64,000 nucleotides of DNA from Dehalococcoidia bacterium (GCA_011170285.1 DUEE01000023.1:7283-71282); one strand, 5' to 3'; counted from the stretch's first letter, positions 1 to 14,164 are shown. Program-made: numbers and translations. Notes: generated from the letters alone by a model not told the origin.

Positions 1-680
1 AGCTCTGAGGTCAATCTTAGCCTGCTGACAGTATTATAGGCGCTATTCTGGAGTAATCGTAGTACTTTTAGACCGTTTACGGAAAGGGAATAGGTTAAAG
101 GCTGACTTTGTCCGCCTGAGGCGAGACTTTGACAGCAACTGGGGCATAGCATACCACCGGCACTGGGGCAGAATGAATTGATGATGGGCTCTAACGTTGA
201 CCGGCAAGAGACACAGTGGTGAAGCTGAGGACGGTATCCAACTTGGTTAAGGAGTTGGATTTCAAAATAACGCAAGACCAGTTCATTATCACCAGCCTGG
301 CATAGGCGATGCATTGTGTCAAGCAGTAGTTGGAACAAGGGGTAATTTTCTATATGGTCGGCGTTGAATTGATTGATTAACTCGGTGGTATAGAGGGCAT
401 ACGAGGTAAGTTGCAGGTCACTTTTTAGTGGTAGGAAGCTATTGATGGTTTGACTCCCGATTATGGTATCCAGATTCCGCCCCCGAGCTAGCGATACTTG
501 GCTATGGGTGAGAAGCTCAAGGTGGCCGGCGAGCTTACTCCTGGGGCGTCTGATTCCCTTGGCTACCGCCTGAATCTTCCCCAGGTGTGGAGTGTAGAGG
601 GTGAGGATTCTATCCGCCTCCCCCAGCTTGGTCTTCTTAATAACAATCGCCTCAGTCTGATGATTCCGCGGCTTAGACAT
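1..680 (-). CDS. recO: DNA repair protein RecO (C-terminus cut by window edge)
   Basis: Missing from the ORF track because it has no stop inside the window. My translation from ATG at 680: MSKPRNHQTEAIVIKKTKLGEADRILTLYTPHLGKIQAVAKGIRRPRSKLAGHLE...HHCVSCRSTLEPIINSFCPSAGGMLCPSCC. It shows the OB-fold N-terminus and C4 zinc motif typical of RecO. Confidence 0.8.
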   Translation of the reverse strand, partial: MSKPRNHQTEAIVIKKTKLGEADRILTLYTPHLGKIQAVAKGIRRPRSKLAGHLELLTHSQVSLARGRNLDTIIGSQTINSFLPLKSDLQLTSYALYTTELINQFNADHIENYPLFQLLLDTMHRLCQAGDNELVLRYFEIQLLNQVGYRPQLHHCVSCRSTLEPIINSFCPSAGGMLCPSCCQSLASGGQSQPLTYSLSVNGLKVLRLLQNSAYNTVSRLRLTSE

Positions 681-753
681 TTTAATTTACTTTTGCTAAA
701 CCTTTTTTAGGTTTTACGGAGCGCCCAAACACCATAATATGTCGTGCTATGCA

Positions 754-1089
754 TTATAATATTCTTTTGTCCAACGGAACATCGCCATCTGGTTGCACCA
801 ACACTACTTCGTCATTATCTAATACTACGCCTAATACTAGTACTTCAGACACAAAATCAGCAATTTGTCGTGGTGAAAAATTTACTACCGCTACAATGAG
901 CCTACCTACTAGGTCGTCTTTACAGTAAAGCTTAGTAATTTGGGCACTGGATTTCTTTACTCCAAAATTACCAAAGTCTATCCAAAGTTTGTAGGCAGGT
1001 TTTCGCGCCTTGGGGAAATACTCAACCTTAATAATCTTACCAACGCGTATATCTACCTTCTCAAAATAATCGTAAGTAATTTGCGTCAT
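754..1089 (-). CDS. tRNA-binding domain protein (CsaA/YgjH-like, EMAP fold)
   Basis: 111 aa containing FEKVDIRVGKIIKVEYFP...LIVAVVNFSPRQIA, the pattern of stand-alone tRNA-binding proteins. Confidence 0.7.
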   Translation of the reverse strand: MTQITYDYFEKVDIRVGKIIKVEYFPKARKPAYKLWIDFGNFGVKKSSAQITKLYCKDDLVGRLIVAVVNFSPRQIADFVSEVLVLGVVLDNDEVVLVQPDGDVPLDKRIL

Positions 1090-1168
1090 TCTAATGTTAC
1101 CCTTAATTTATGGACTGCGTGGTATAACAGCCAAATAGATGAACCCTGACTTTACCTTAAATATGGAG

Positions 1169-1780
1169 CTAAAACTCCTGTCTTCCCTCAATGGCTCGGG
1201 TTAGAGTAACATCATCAGCGTATTCTAGCTCAGTGCCAAAGGGTAGTCCCCGGGCGAGGCGGGTAAGCCGTATGCCCAGTGGTAAAATGAGTTTGTTTAG
1301 ATACATAGCGGTGGCTTCCCCCTCAAGATTAGGGTTGGTAGCCAAGATAACTTCATCTATTGAGCTACCCTGTAACCGCTTTAGAAGCTCCTTAATTCTT
1401 ATGTCGTCAGCTCCCACCCCCTCGGTAGGTGAGATGGCTCCGTGGAGTACATGATACAGACCATCATAAATTCGGGTATGCTCCAGAGCCAAAATATCTT
1501 GTGGCTGTTCAACGATGCAAATCTTGCTCCAGTCGCGCTGGTTACTGCGGCAGATGAGGCAGGGGTCAGATTCAGTAACATTAAAACAAATAGAGCATAG
1601 TGTAATCTTCTGTTTTACTGACAGGATGGCTTCGGCTAAGAGTCTGGCTTGCTCTTCAGGGGCACGCAACAAGTAATAGGTTAGACGCTGGGCGCTCTTG
1701 GGTCCGATACCGGGTAGTCTGTTAAACTCCTGAATGAGCTTATTTATTGCTTCAGTGGTAGGAGCGAGACCTTCATTCAA
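1169..1780 (-). CDS. recR: recombination protein RecR
   Basis: 203 aa with [24 protein letters not shown] (HhH), a C4 zinc finger (CSICFNV...CLIC) and a Toprim C-terminus. Confidence 0.95.
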   Translation of the reverse strand: MNEGLAPTTEAINKLIQEFNRLPGIGPKSAQRLTYYLLRAPEEQARLLAEAILSVKQKITLCSICFNVTESDPCLICRSNQRDWSKICIVEQPQDILALEHTRIYDGLYHVLHGAISPTEGVGADDIRIKELLKRLQGSSIDEVILATNPNLEGEATAMYLNKLILPLGIRLTRLARGLPFGTELEYADDVTLTRAIEGRQEF

Positions 1781-1801
1781 TATTAGCTCTCCTTGACCAT
1801 A

Positions 1802-2107
1802 TTAAAATAGTCCTGGGATTTTAAGACCACCGGTTAACCCCTTTAGTTGCTTAGCAGCCAGTTTCTGAGATTTGGCGAGGGCATCTTGCACCGCTTTGAA
1901 CACCAATTCTTCTAGCTTTTCGGGCTTATCGGGGTTTATTACCTCTGGTGATATTTTTATTGACTTTATTTCTTGCTGACCGTTAACGGTAACCTTAACC
2001 GCACCTCTGCCTGAGCTTGCTTCTGCAATAGTATTCCTTAGCTCTCTCTGAGCCTTGTCTAGCTTTGATTTGAGTTCCCGAGCTTGATTTAGGTTAGATA
2101 AATTCAT
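1802..2107 (-). CDS. ybaB: nucleoid-associated protein YbaB/EbfC
   Basis: 101 aa in the conserved dnaX-ybaB-recR order. Overlaps the dnaX stop by 4 nt. Confidence 0.9.
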   Translation of the reverse strand: MNLSNLNQARELKSKLDKAQRELRNTIAEASSGRGAVKVTVNGQQEIKSIKISPEVINPDKPEKLEELVFKAVQDALAKSQKLAAKQLKGLTGGLKIPGLF

Positions 2108-3666
2108 TTCTCCTCCACATCAATAATTTGGGCACCCATTTTTAGGGCTGCCTTTACCAGGTGATTATTTTCTGGTTGGTAAACACAGCGCACATGGCAG
2201 GAATGTCCCAGGAAATTACTCACAATTTTTTCGGCAACTTGTTGATTTTCCGGTTTCTCCATATTCTCCTTGTGGAGAGGATATTTAAAGGCTAAGACTA
2301 CAGTATCGTCTTCAAATGCCACCGGTTTAACGCCAGCACTTCTAAGAATGGCAACAGCCGCGGTTCTTTTAGTATCTTGCGGAGCTTGCTCTATAACCTG
2401 CCTCCAGTTTAGTCTCAGTTGTTCAATTTCACTGCCCGGTTGTGGTGGTGTGATGGTGACCTCTGGTGCTGGTGTGGGCACATTAGCCGGCTCAGGTTTG
2501 ATCGGAATAGGTGGAGGGTCCGCTTTTGCCGGCTGACGAAATTCATATTCATTTTGTGTGATAACACCTTCCTTTTCCTCCTCAGTGGGCAGGACACAGT
2601 CAACCAGGGCTAACTCCAGGGGTAAGGTAGAGCTCGCCAAAGACGAGTTAAAACTAAGCTCAAGCTGACCAAAGAGCTTGACTGCCTTCAATATCTGAGG
2701 TAGGGAGACTTTAGTGGCTAAATCCCTCAGGTCAGCTATGTCCTCAGCAGTAAGGTCTACAGCTTCGTTGGAGCCGGTCTTTATCAGCAAAAGCTCTCTA
2801 AGGTATTCCACCAGCTCCCGATTGAATTGCTTTAAATCCAGACCGTCGCTGTTGATACTGTTTATGGTTGCAATCCCGGCGGATATATCATTGTTCATGA
2901 TGTTCTTTGCCAGTTCTTTGGCTCGCCAGTCTCCGGTAATACCCAGCATAGCCTGAATCTGGCGGAGTTCAATGTCACCGCCATAGTAAGCGGTCAACTG
3001 CTCCAGCAGGTTTTCGGCATCTCGCAGGCTACCAGTAGACACCTTAGCCATAAGCCGCAGCCCCTCTGAGTCTATGTGGATGCCTTCGGCACTACAAATA
3101 TGGCTTAGTTTTGACACTATATCTGCCTGGGAGATGCGCCGGAAGTCAAAGCGCTGGCATCGAGACAGAATTGTGGGCAGGACTTTATGGGCTTCGGTGG
3201 TGGCTAGGATGAAGATAATATAGGGTGGTGGTTCCTCAAGGGTCTTGAGCAGGGCATTGGAGGCTTCTTTAGTTAGCATATGGACTTCGTCCATTATATA
3301 GACCTTATAGCGAGCTTGACTCGGAGCATAATTGACCCTCTCGCGGAGGTCTCGGATTTCATCAATACCCCGATTGCTGGCAGCATCAATTTCTATGACA
3401 TCCAAAGCCCTGCCCTCAGTTATTGCTTGGCAAATGGAGCAGGTATTGCATGGCTCACCCTTGCCGTTGGTAACACAATTCACTGCCTTAGCCAAAATGC
3501 GCCCGGTGCTAGTCTTACCTGTTCCCCGGGGACCACAAAAAAGGTAGGCATGAGCTACACGACCAACGGTGAGGGCATTACCCAGTGTTTGTGTTACCTG
3601 CTCCTGTCCAACTACCTCAGCTAGAGTTTGGGGACGCCACTTACGATAAAAGACTTGAGGAGACAT
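2104..3666 (-). CDS. dnaX: DNA polymerase III subunit gamma/tau
   Basis: 520 aa with WRPQTLAEVVGQE, Walker A GPRGTGKTS, a zinc module CxxCxxC and SRCQRFDF. Confidence 0.95.
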   Translation of the reverse strand: MSPQVFYRKWRPQTLAEVVGQEQVTQTLGNALTVGRVAHAYLFCGPRGTGKTSTGRILAKAVNCVTNGKGEPCNTCSICQAITEGRALDVIEIDAASNRGIDEIRDLRERVNYAPSQARYKVYIMDEVHMLTKEASNALLKTLEEPPPYIIFILATTEAHKVLPTILSRCQRFDFRRISQADIVSKLSHICSAEGIHIDSEGLRLMAKVSTGSLRDAENLLEQLTAYYGGDIELRQIQAMLGITGDWRAKELAKNIMNNDISAGIATINSINSDGLDLKQFNRELVEYLRELLLIKTGSNEAVDLTAEDIADLRDLATKVSLPQILKAVKLFGQLELSFNSSLASSTLPLELALVDCVLPTEEEKEGVITQNEYEFRQPAKADPPPIPIKPEPANVPTPAPEVTITPPQPGSEIEQLRLNWRQVIEQAPQDTKRTAAVAILRSAGVKPVAFEDDTVVLAFKYPLHKENMEKPENQQVAEKIVSNFLGHSCHVRCVYQPENNHLVKAALKMGAQIIDVEEK

Positions 3667-3751
3667 CTTCGTTTACTTTCATTATACTCTTATTGTTTGT
3701 TTTCCAAAAGGGGTTGGGAGCGGATTGGTGAAGGCAACATAGGGCACGGCA

Positions 3752-3802
3752 ATAATAAATAAAAGCCAGCTTTATTCAGTTTAGCTACCTATAAAAGCTG
3801 GC
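3752..3802 (-). terminator. putative intrinsic terminator downstream of the tubulin-like gene
   Basis: 9-bp stem GCCAGCTTT (3765-3773) pairs with AAAGCTGGC (3794-3802). On the minus strand it is followed by TTTTATTTATTATT. It starts 20 nt after the stop at 3823. Confidence 0.5.
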
Positions 3803-3822
3803 AATCTAAGTTAGCTGGTTAA

Positions 3823-4995
3823 TTATAGTAGTGAGGGTAAATCCTTTGCCGACTCTTCTACTCCTTCAATTTTGCGCCCGATATCCTCTTCTCTTTCTTT
3901 AATCTCATGAAGAAAGGTGGTCGATTTAATATAGTAATTCCTGACCTTTTCCACTTCACTAAGTTCAGACAAGATTACAGTTATATCCATCAGCCCTTTT
4001 TCCCTGGGGTAATCGCCGTTCCTTATTACAGCCTCCGGAAGCACGTCTTTTAGATAGTTGCCGAGTTCCTTAACCATATCCATATTCATTTCCTTAGCTG
4101 GAGCAGAGAGAAGGTATAATGCTCTATGTGAATCCGCAGGGTTACATCTAAGTGATAGCTCACTTATAGCTTCGTCCATTGCCTGGATTCCCTTGTGGGT
4201 TTCGGTGCTTTTTCCCCTGAAATTACGTCCGCCACAGGGAAATCTAAATAATGGAAGTTGTGATTTACCATAGCCCATTACTGTCCATCCTACCAGGGTC
4301 TGTATTATGTCTCCAGCATCAAGCAACTTTGACCCAATATATTTGCGCTTTTTCTCCTCGCCAGCACAAAGTAGATTGTAGAACGGTTCAACTATTAGGG
4401 CATTGATTTGAGCCAGGTTGTTTCTAAGTGAGAAGTCCTTTCTAACATACCTTTGGTTATCAATAAGAATTACTGCATCAGCCACTGAATTGGCAGATTT
4501 AAGACATGTAGCTGAGTTATAGATGGTTCTTTCTTCTGAAGTCTCTTCATGCTCAAAGGGGAGGATAATAAGATTATATACCGGCTTATCCATATAACGC
4601 TCTTTAATGTATTGCGTCATTATTGGTATTGACCCGGAGCCAGTGCCGCCAGCGGCACCGGCAATTAGTAAGAAGGCATCTGACTCAAAGAAGTGCGGAG
4701 CAGTTCTTATAGCGTCTATAACTTTATCGGCGTCTTCCTTGGCTATTTCGGCACCCAGTTCATTTATCTTACCTACGCCATGACCACCAGTTTTTCGACC
4801 TCCGATGAGAATTCTATGCTGGTAATCAGGTTTTATATGGGATAGCCCACTTAAATCAGCAGCATCTGTGTTTATAGCAAAAGCACCAGTAGTTATCTCA
4901 ATCCTACGCGTGCTGCGCGCCCTTTTATTTAGTCGGGCAAACTCATCGGCAATCCTACTGCCGCATTGTCCAAAACCTATAACAACTAATTTCAT
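3823..4995 (-). CDS. tubulin/FtsZ-superfamily GTPase, CetZ/tubulin-like rather than FtsZ-like
   Basis: 390 aa. T1 loop IGFGQCGSRIADEF and G-box AGAAGGTGSGS are the tubulin/CetZ type (GGTGSG). The canonical FtsZ at 32797 has GGGTGTG instead. Other motifs: GHGVGKINELGAEIAKED, PVYNLIILP, LIDNQ, NGDYP. Confidence 0.8.
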   Translation of the reverse strand: MKLVVIGFGQCGSRIADEFARLNKRARSTRRIEITTGAFAINTDAADLSGLSHIKPDYQHRILIGGRKTGGHGVGKINELGAEIAKEDADKVIDAIRTAPHFFESDAFLLIAGAAGGTGSGSIPIMTQYIKERYMDKPVYNLIILPFEHEETSEERTIYNSATCLKSANSVADAVILIDNQRYVRKDFSLRNNLAQINALIVEPFYNLLCAGEEKKRKYIGSKLLDAGDIIQTLVGWTVMGYGKSQLPLFRFPCGGRNFRGKSTETHKGIQAMDEAISELSLRCNPADSHRALYLLSAPAKEMNMDMVKELGNYLKDVLPEAVIRNGDYPREKGLMDITVILSELSEVEKVRNYYIKSTTFLHEIKEREEDIGRKIEGVEESAKDLPSLL

Positions 4996-5084
4996 TTCTC
5001 ACCCCGATACTAAAATTCTAGCTATTTTAAGCATACCTATATGGTAATGTCAATCCTGATAGCAACAGGAATCCCTATTGCCAG

Positions 5085-6107
<1,023 letters not shown>

Positions 6108-6137
6108 TCACGTTTTTTCTTTAGCTTGCTCTTTCAC

Positions 6138-7442
<1,305 letters not shown>

Positions 7443-7928
7443 CTATTTGTCTATAATAAAGCTAAGAGCTTTATTCACTGCCTCAACTGCATTTTGAGCT
7501 GGGATAATTGAGTTATCCTGCTGTGCATTTCTGGATAATGACCAGGTGTTTAACCCGATAACAGGGATGCCACTTTGTAGAGCGTGGCTTATCTCAGACA
7601 GGGTACCATAGCTGCCCGCAATAGCGATAACTGCCTGGGCTGATTTGACTACGGTAATATTTCTAGCGTAGCCTAGACCAGTAACTATAGGAATTTGGAC
7701 ATAGGGATTAGCCGATTGGCGGCTATCCCCGGGTAGAATGCCGATAGTTATCCCACCCTCAGAACTAGCTCCTCGGCAGGCTGCCTCCATAACTCCACCC
7801 AGACCACCACAAAATAAGATAGCCCCTCGCCTGGCTAGCTCACGACCCACCTCTTCAGCTAGCTGGGCCTCCTGTGGCGAACATTGACTGCCCCCAATAA
7901 CGGCGATGAACCTCTTTTTTTTTGTCAT
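7443..7928 (-). CDS. TIGR00725/LOG-like Rossmann-fold protein
   Basis: 161 aa with IAVIGGS...GGLGGVMEAACRGA...GILPG, the LOG/TIGR00725 pattern. Confidence 0.65.
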   Translation of the reverse strand: MTKKKRFIAVIGGSQCSPQEAQLAEEVGRELARRGAILFCGGLGGVMEAACRGASSEGGITIGILPGDSRQSANPYVQIPIVTGLGYARNITVVKSAQAVIAIAGSYGTLSEISHALQSGIPVIGLNTWSLSRNAQQDNSIIPAQNAVEAVNKALSFIIDK

Positions 7929-8080
7929 TTAGAACATCCTTTTCTTAAATAAGTATAGGAATTATATCACCCGAGCCCAAATATTAGCAAAGAATGGTAC
8001 TCATTCAAATAATTAATGACGCACGACTCCCTTTTTGTCACCACCAAGCATACACCCTCTCGTCATTGCGAGTCCTTCGG

Positions 8081-8110
8081 TTTATCCTTCACCCTTTGGT
8101 GAAGGATAAA
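8081..8110. repeat. perfect 13-bp inverted repeat (hairpin) between pth and the TIGR00725 gene
   Basis: TTTATCCTTCACC (8081-8093), loop CTTT, GGTGAAGGATAAA (8098-8110). It lies 41 nt downstream of the pth stop. No clear U-tract follows on either strand. Confidence 0.5.
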
Positions 8111-8150
8111 AGACGAATCAATGGCTTAAAAAAACAATCCAAAGAGAGAG

Positions 8151-8732
8151 TTAATTATACTTATTCATAGCTGCCGCTAAACCTTCGGTGAGGAGGCAGA
8201 GGATGGCTTCGCTCACTTCAGGTATAACCTTAATGATGGTTTGTTTTTCATCAGGGGTGAAATCACTAAGTACATAGTTAACAATCTCACCCTCACTAAA
8301 GTCAATGAAGCCCTCGTTTTTAACAGGTCGTCCGATGCCTACCCGAAGGCGAAGGAAATCCTGGCTGCCTAGCTCAGTGATGATGGAATAAATTCCCTTG
8401 TGTCCGCCGGAGCCACTGCCGTGGCGAATACGAATTTTACCCAGGGGAAGGTCAAGGTCATCATGGATGACCAGGAGGTCATCGAGGTTGATACTAAATT
8501 TCCTTATCAGCCGTCTTACTGATTGTCCGCTTAGGTTCATATAGGTTTGGGGTTTCGCCACTACTATCTTATAGCCGGCTACCTCACCAGTGCCAATTCG
8601 GGCTTTTCCTTTCTTTTTATCAAATCGGATGCCCTGTGTGCGGGCAAAATGGTTGAGGCAAGTGAAGCCCACATTATGGCGGTTATTGGCGTAACCCCGC
8701 CCCGGGTTACCTAATCCTACAATTAACTTCAT
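8151..8732 (-). CDS. pth: peptidyl-tRNA hydrolase
   Basis: 193 aa with LIVGLGNPG..Y..NRHNVGF and GHKGI. Confidence 0.95.
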   Translation of the reverse strand: MKLIVGLGNPGRGYANNRHNVGFTCLNHFARTQGIRFDKKKGKARIGTGEVAGYKIVVAKPQTYMNLSGQSVRRLIRKFSINLDDLLVIHDDLDLPLGKIRIRHGSGSGGHKGIYSIITELGSQDFLRLRVGIGRPVKNEGFIDFSEGEIVNYVLSDFTPDEKQTIIKVIPEVSEAILCLLTEGLAAAMNKYN

Positions 8733-8733
8733 A

Positions 8734-10782
<2,049 letters not shown>

Positions 10783-10947
10783 TTAACCTTGATAATAGCC
10801 TGTTTTTACATTTATTATATCCTATATCTGGGTAAAAGATAAATTTATAATAAAATGGGACTTGCCCCATTCTGTGTCATGCGGTAAACTAGGGTAGTTA
10901 GCAATTACCTCCTTATAGATTTGTTAGACGAGGACTAGAAAGCAATC

Positions 10948-12261
10948 GTGGCTGAGCTATACCCCTTTCGTGCTGTTCACTATAACCAATCGCTGGTTAA
11001 GGACCTGTCAGCAGTAATCTGTCATCCTTATGACATTATTACCCCACAATTGCAGCAGGAGCTTTATCAGCGAAGCCCGTATAACTTTGTCCGACTGGAG
11101 TATGGTCGGGTATTGCCTCAAGATACAACTATAGACAATAAGGATACTCGTTCGGCAGCTACCCTTGAGCAATGGCTGAAGGAAGGCATCCTTGTGGCTG
11201 ATGAGGTGCCAGCTATCTATCTTCACGACCACTATTTTACTTACCAAGGGAGAGAATATAAACGCCGCGGTATGGTGGTCTGTGTTAGGTTAGAGGAATG
11301 GGATAAGATGGTTATTCGTCCCCATGAGGGCACGCTATCTGAGCCTAAGAGTGACCGACTGAGTCTGCTATGGGCATGCCAAGCCAATACCAGCCCCATT
11401 TTGGCACTGTTTGAAGACCTGGGGCAGCAGGTCTCATCGTTGTTAACCTCATCAGAGCGAGGTGAACCTATGCTCAGTTTAAGTAGTGCCGGTGGAGAAA
11501 GCCATTGTATTTGGGCTATTACTGAGCCTGGAGTTGTTAATCAGATATGTAGTAGGCTGGCCCATCAACCGCTCTACATTGCTGATGGACATCACCGCTA
11601 TGAGAGTGCTCTTATTTACCAGCGTGAGAGGCTTGCATGTTTTTCATCAGAATCAGCCAGTGCGGCATTCAATTTTGTTTTGATGGAGCTGGTAGATTTT
11701 TCCGACCCTGGGCTTATAATTCTACCTCCTCACCGTCTGGTTCGTGGCATCTCCAAATCAACCCTGGATGAGCTGATGGCTAAGTTGAGAGCATTCTTTG
11801 AAATAGAGGCTTTGCCCTTGACTATACCCGATGTTTGGCGGCAAGTTGACGATTTACTGACTGGTGAGACAAATCAGGTTCGGCTAATCCTTTTTGGGCT
11901 GGAAGCAGAGCATCTTTTTGTGCTGAGGCTGCGTGACTTGTTTGCCGCCAGTCAGATGATGCCATACTTTCATTGTGAGCTGTATAAGCAGTTAGGGGTT
12001 AGCATTATTGACCATATCATACTGGAGAAACTACTGGGAGTGGGCAGTGGCAGTGAGGATGCGCTCCTTGGCTATAGCTATGATAAGCAAGATGCGGTAA
12101 ACAAGGTATTAGACCAGGAATACCAGCTAGCCTTTTTATTAAAGCCGATTAAGCCAGAGGTGGTTAAAGCCATAGCCGATGTCGGTGACCGGATGCCCAG
12201 GAAATCAACCTACTTCTATCCCAAACTACCGGCGGGATTGGTTTTCCATCGATTACTGTAA
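10948..12261 (+). CDS. DUF1015 family protein
   Basis: 437 aa with a GTG start. N-terminal PFRAVHYN...VICHPYDIITP and ADGHHRYESA match my recollection of DUF1015. Confidence 0.75.
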   Translation: MAELYPFRAVHYNQSLVKDLSAVICHPYDIITPQLQQELYQRSPYNFVRLEYGRVLPQDTTIDNKDTRSAATLEQWLKEGILVADEVPAIYLHDHYFTYQGREYKRRGMVVCVRLEEWDKMVIRPHEGTLSEPKSDRLSLLWACQANTSPILALFEDLGQQVSSLLTSSERGEPMLSLSSAGGESHCIWAITEPGVVNQICSRLAHQPLYIADGHHRYESALIYQRERLACFSSESASAAFNFVLMELVDFSDPGLIILPPHRLVRGISKSTLDELMAKLRAFFEIEALPLTIPDVWRQVDDLLTGETNQVRLILFGLEAEHLFVLRLRDLFAASQMMPYFHCELYKQLGVSIIDHIILEKLLGVGSGSEDALLGYSYDKQDAVNKVLDQEYQLAFLLKPIKPEVVKAIADVGDRMPRKSTYFYPKLPAGLVFHRLL

Positions 12262-12433
12262 GCACCTTCAAATTGAATTTTGATAACTAAGCGCTATCTT
12301 GATGAGTGATATAGTTGTATTCAGTTCCTCCAGCTATAAGTCAAGAGCTTGAGGATTTAGAGAAAGAACTGGAGAAAACAAAGTGATGCCGAAAGTGCGA
12401 CATAAAATAGACCAAATTGTGAGTTGAAAAATT

Positions 12434-12784
12434 ATGCATCCTCTTGCCAGAAGACATTTTGAGAGAGTATTGAGGGAAGGTAAGCTTTTAGGGATTGATA
12501 AGGGTTGTCAATATCATTATTCTTGCCACGATGGTAATATAGAAGATTGCACTTTCTGCTATTGTCCCTTTTATCCCTGTGGAGATGAATCTACAGGGGG
12601 CAGGTGGATTGAAGGCGGAGTCTGGTCATGCAAAGACTGTAGTTGGATACATCGGACAGAAGTTGCCAGCAAAGTTCTGGAGGAAATGAAACATTCAGGT
12701 ATAAAAAAACCGGAAGATATTGAGAAAAGACATAACCGCCTTAAGGAAATGAGGGAGAGGATTAACACTCTCTATCCATTATGA
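12434..12784 (+). CDS. cysteine-rich small domain protein (zf-like, PF04071-type)
   Basis: 116 aa with the signature CTFCYCPFYPCGDESTGGRW plus CKDC. Confidence 0.6.
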   Translation: MHPLARRHFERVLREGKLLGIDKGCQYHYSCHDGNIEDCTFCYCPFYPCGDESTGGRWIEGGVWSCKDCSWIHRTEVASKVLEEMKHSGIKKPEDIEKRHNRLKEMRERINTLYPL

Positions 12785-12922
12785 AAGTGAATAACATTTT
12801 GGCTAGGATTGAAAAACTGGGAGTAAGGGGATAAAATGCAGTTTTGGGAAGTAAAAGGTGGAGAAGCAAAACTACTTACAGCTTGGGGTCAATAAATTAT
12901 TTAAAGAAAGGTTGGAAGTGCC

Positions 12923-13396
12923 ATGGCAATTTTACCAATTTGTCACTATCCTGATGATTCTGTACTGAGACAAAAAGCCAAGAGAGTATCCAGCATTGAT
13001 AGTTCAATCCAGCGGCTTATTAATGACATGGTGGAGACAATGCAGCAGGCGAATGGGGTAGGCTTGGCTGCTCCTCAAATAGGGGTATCTCTGAGATTGG
13101 CAGTGCTACAGATGCCAGGGGAAGAGCCTATGGCTATCATTAATCCGCAGTTTGTCAAACGCAGTGGGGAGCAGGAGGTAACCGAGGGTTGCTTAAGTAT
13201 TCCCGGTTACTTTGGGCAGATAAAACGCTCAGCTTCGGTCGTGGTTAAGGGGCTGGACAGCGAGGGCAAGGCGATTAGAATTAAAGCTAGCGGACTAATG
13301 GCCGAGGCGTTGGAGCATGAAATTGACCACCTTAATGGCATCTTATATATTGACCATATAGAGAGCCAAGATGAGTTACATGAGGTTGAGGCATAA
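12923..13396 (+). CDS. def: peptide deformylase
   Basis: 157 aa carrying the three Def motifs [16 protein letters not shown] and HEIDHLNG. Confidence 0.95.
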   Translation: MAILPICHYPDDSVLRQKAKRVSSIDSSIQRLINDMVETMQQANGVGLAAPQIGVSLRLAVLQMPGEEPMAIINPQFVKRSGEQEVTEGCLSIPGYFGQIKRSASVVVKGLDSEGKAIRIKASGLMAEALEHEIDHLNGILYIDHIESQDELHEVEA

Positions 13397-13398
13397 TT

Positions 13399-14055
13399 AT
13401 GGGCTCCAACAGGGTAATGAAAACAGTAGTGCAGTGCGATTTTGATGGCACAATCACTCAAGACGACCAGTCCTTCTTATTACTAGATACCTTCGCTAAG
13501 GGTAACTGGAGGCAACTGCTAGCAGAGTATAGGGAAGGCAATATTTCTGTTGGCCACTTCAATACTAAGGCTTTTGCTATGGTTAAAGAAGATAAGCAAA
13601 CCCTGCTTGATTTTATCAAGGACAAAGTTAAAATACGAGCTGGATTCAGTGAATTACTGACCTATTGCCGTAAGAACGGTTTTCAGTTCATTATTGTAAG
13701 TAATGGTTTACATTTCTATATAGACGCAATTTTAAAACACATCGGAGTGAACAATATCAAGGTATTTGCCGCGCAGGCTCATTTTAGTTCCAGAGGTATT
13801 GATGTCAAATATATGGGGCAGGATGGATCCTACTCGGAGAGTGAATTTAAAGAGACATATGTTAGGTCATTTCTGGTAAATAGTTATCGTGTAATATATG
13901 TGGGGAATGGTCTGTCTGACATTTCTCCAGCCAAACAGGCTCATCATATCTTTGCCAGGGATGAGCTACTAGCCTACTGTAAGGAGGCAAGTCTTAATTG
14001 CACGCCCTTTGTTGACCTTAATGATGTAGTTAGAGGTTTGGAACTTTTGGGATGA
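13399..14055 (+). CDS. HAD-IB phosphatase (MtnX-like)
   Basis: 218 aa with HAD motif I VQCDFDGTIT, IVSNG and a late GNGLSD motif. Confidence 0.7.
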   Translation: MGSNRVMKTVVQCDFDGTITQDDQSFLLLDTFAKGNWRQLLAEYREGNISVGHFNTKAFAMVKEDKQTLLDFIKDKVKIRAGFSELLTYCRKNGFQFIIVSNGLHFYIDAILKHIGVNNIKVFAAQAHFSSRGIDVKYMGQDGSYSESEFKETYVRSFLVNSYRVIYVGNGLSDISPAKQAHHIFARDELLAYCKEASLNCTPFVDLNDVVRGLELLG

Positions 14056-14164
14056 GTGTGATGGAGTGGTAAAGGATGATAAATAGAAAAGCGTTGAGGA
14101 GAAAGTATTTGGTGATAATTTTCTCCATAGGTACCAAAAAAAAGAATTAAGAAAGGTTGGCAAA

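Noticed and set aside
498-710. 70-aa plus-strand ORF from the track
   Set aside because: It lies antisense to a clear RecO coding frame (minus strand, 1-680) that the track missed because it lacks a stop in the window. The ORF has no recognisable motif.
2104-3666. Programmed -1 frameshift site in dnaX (A AAA AAG type)
   Set aside because: I found no A-rich slippery heptamer in the coding strand. The only homopolymer run reads CTTTTTTGT in the sense orientation.
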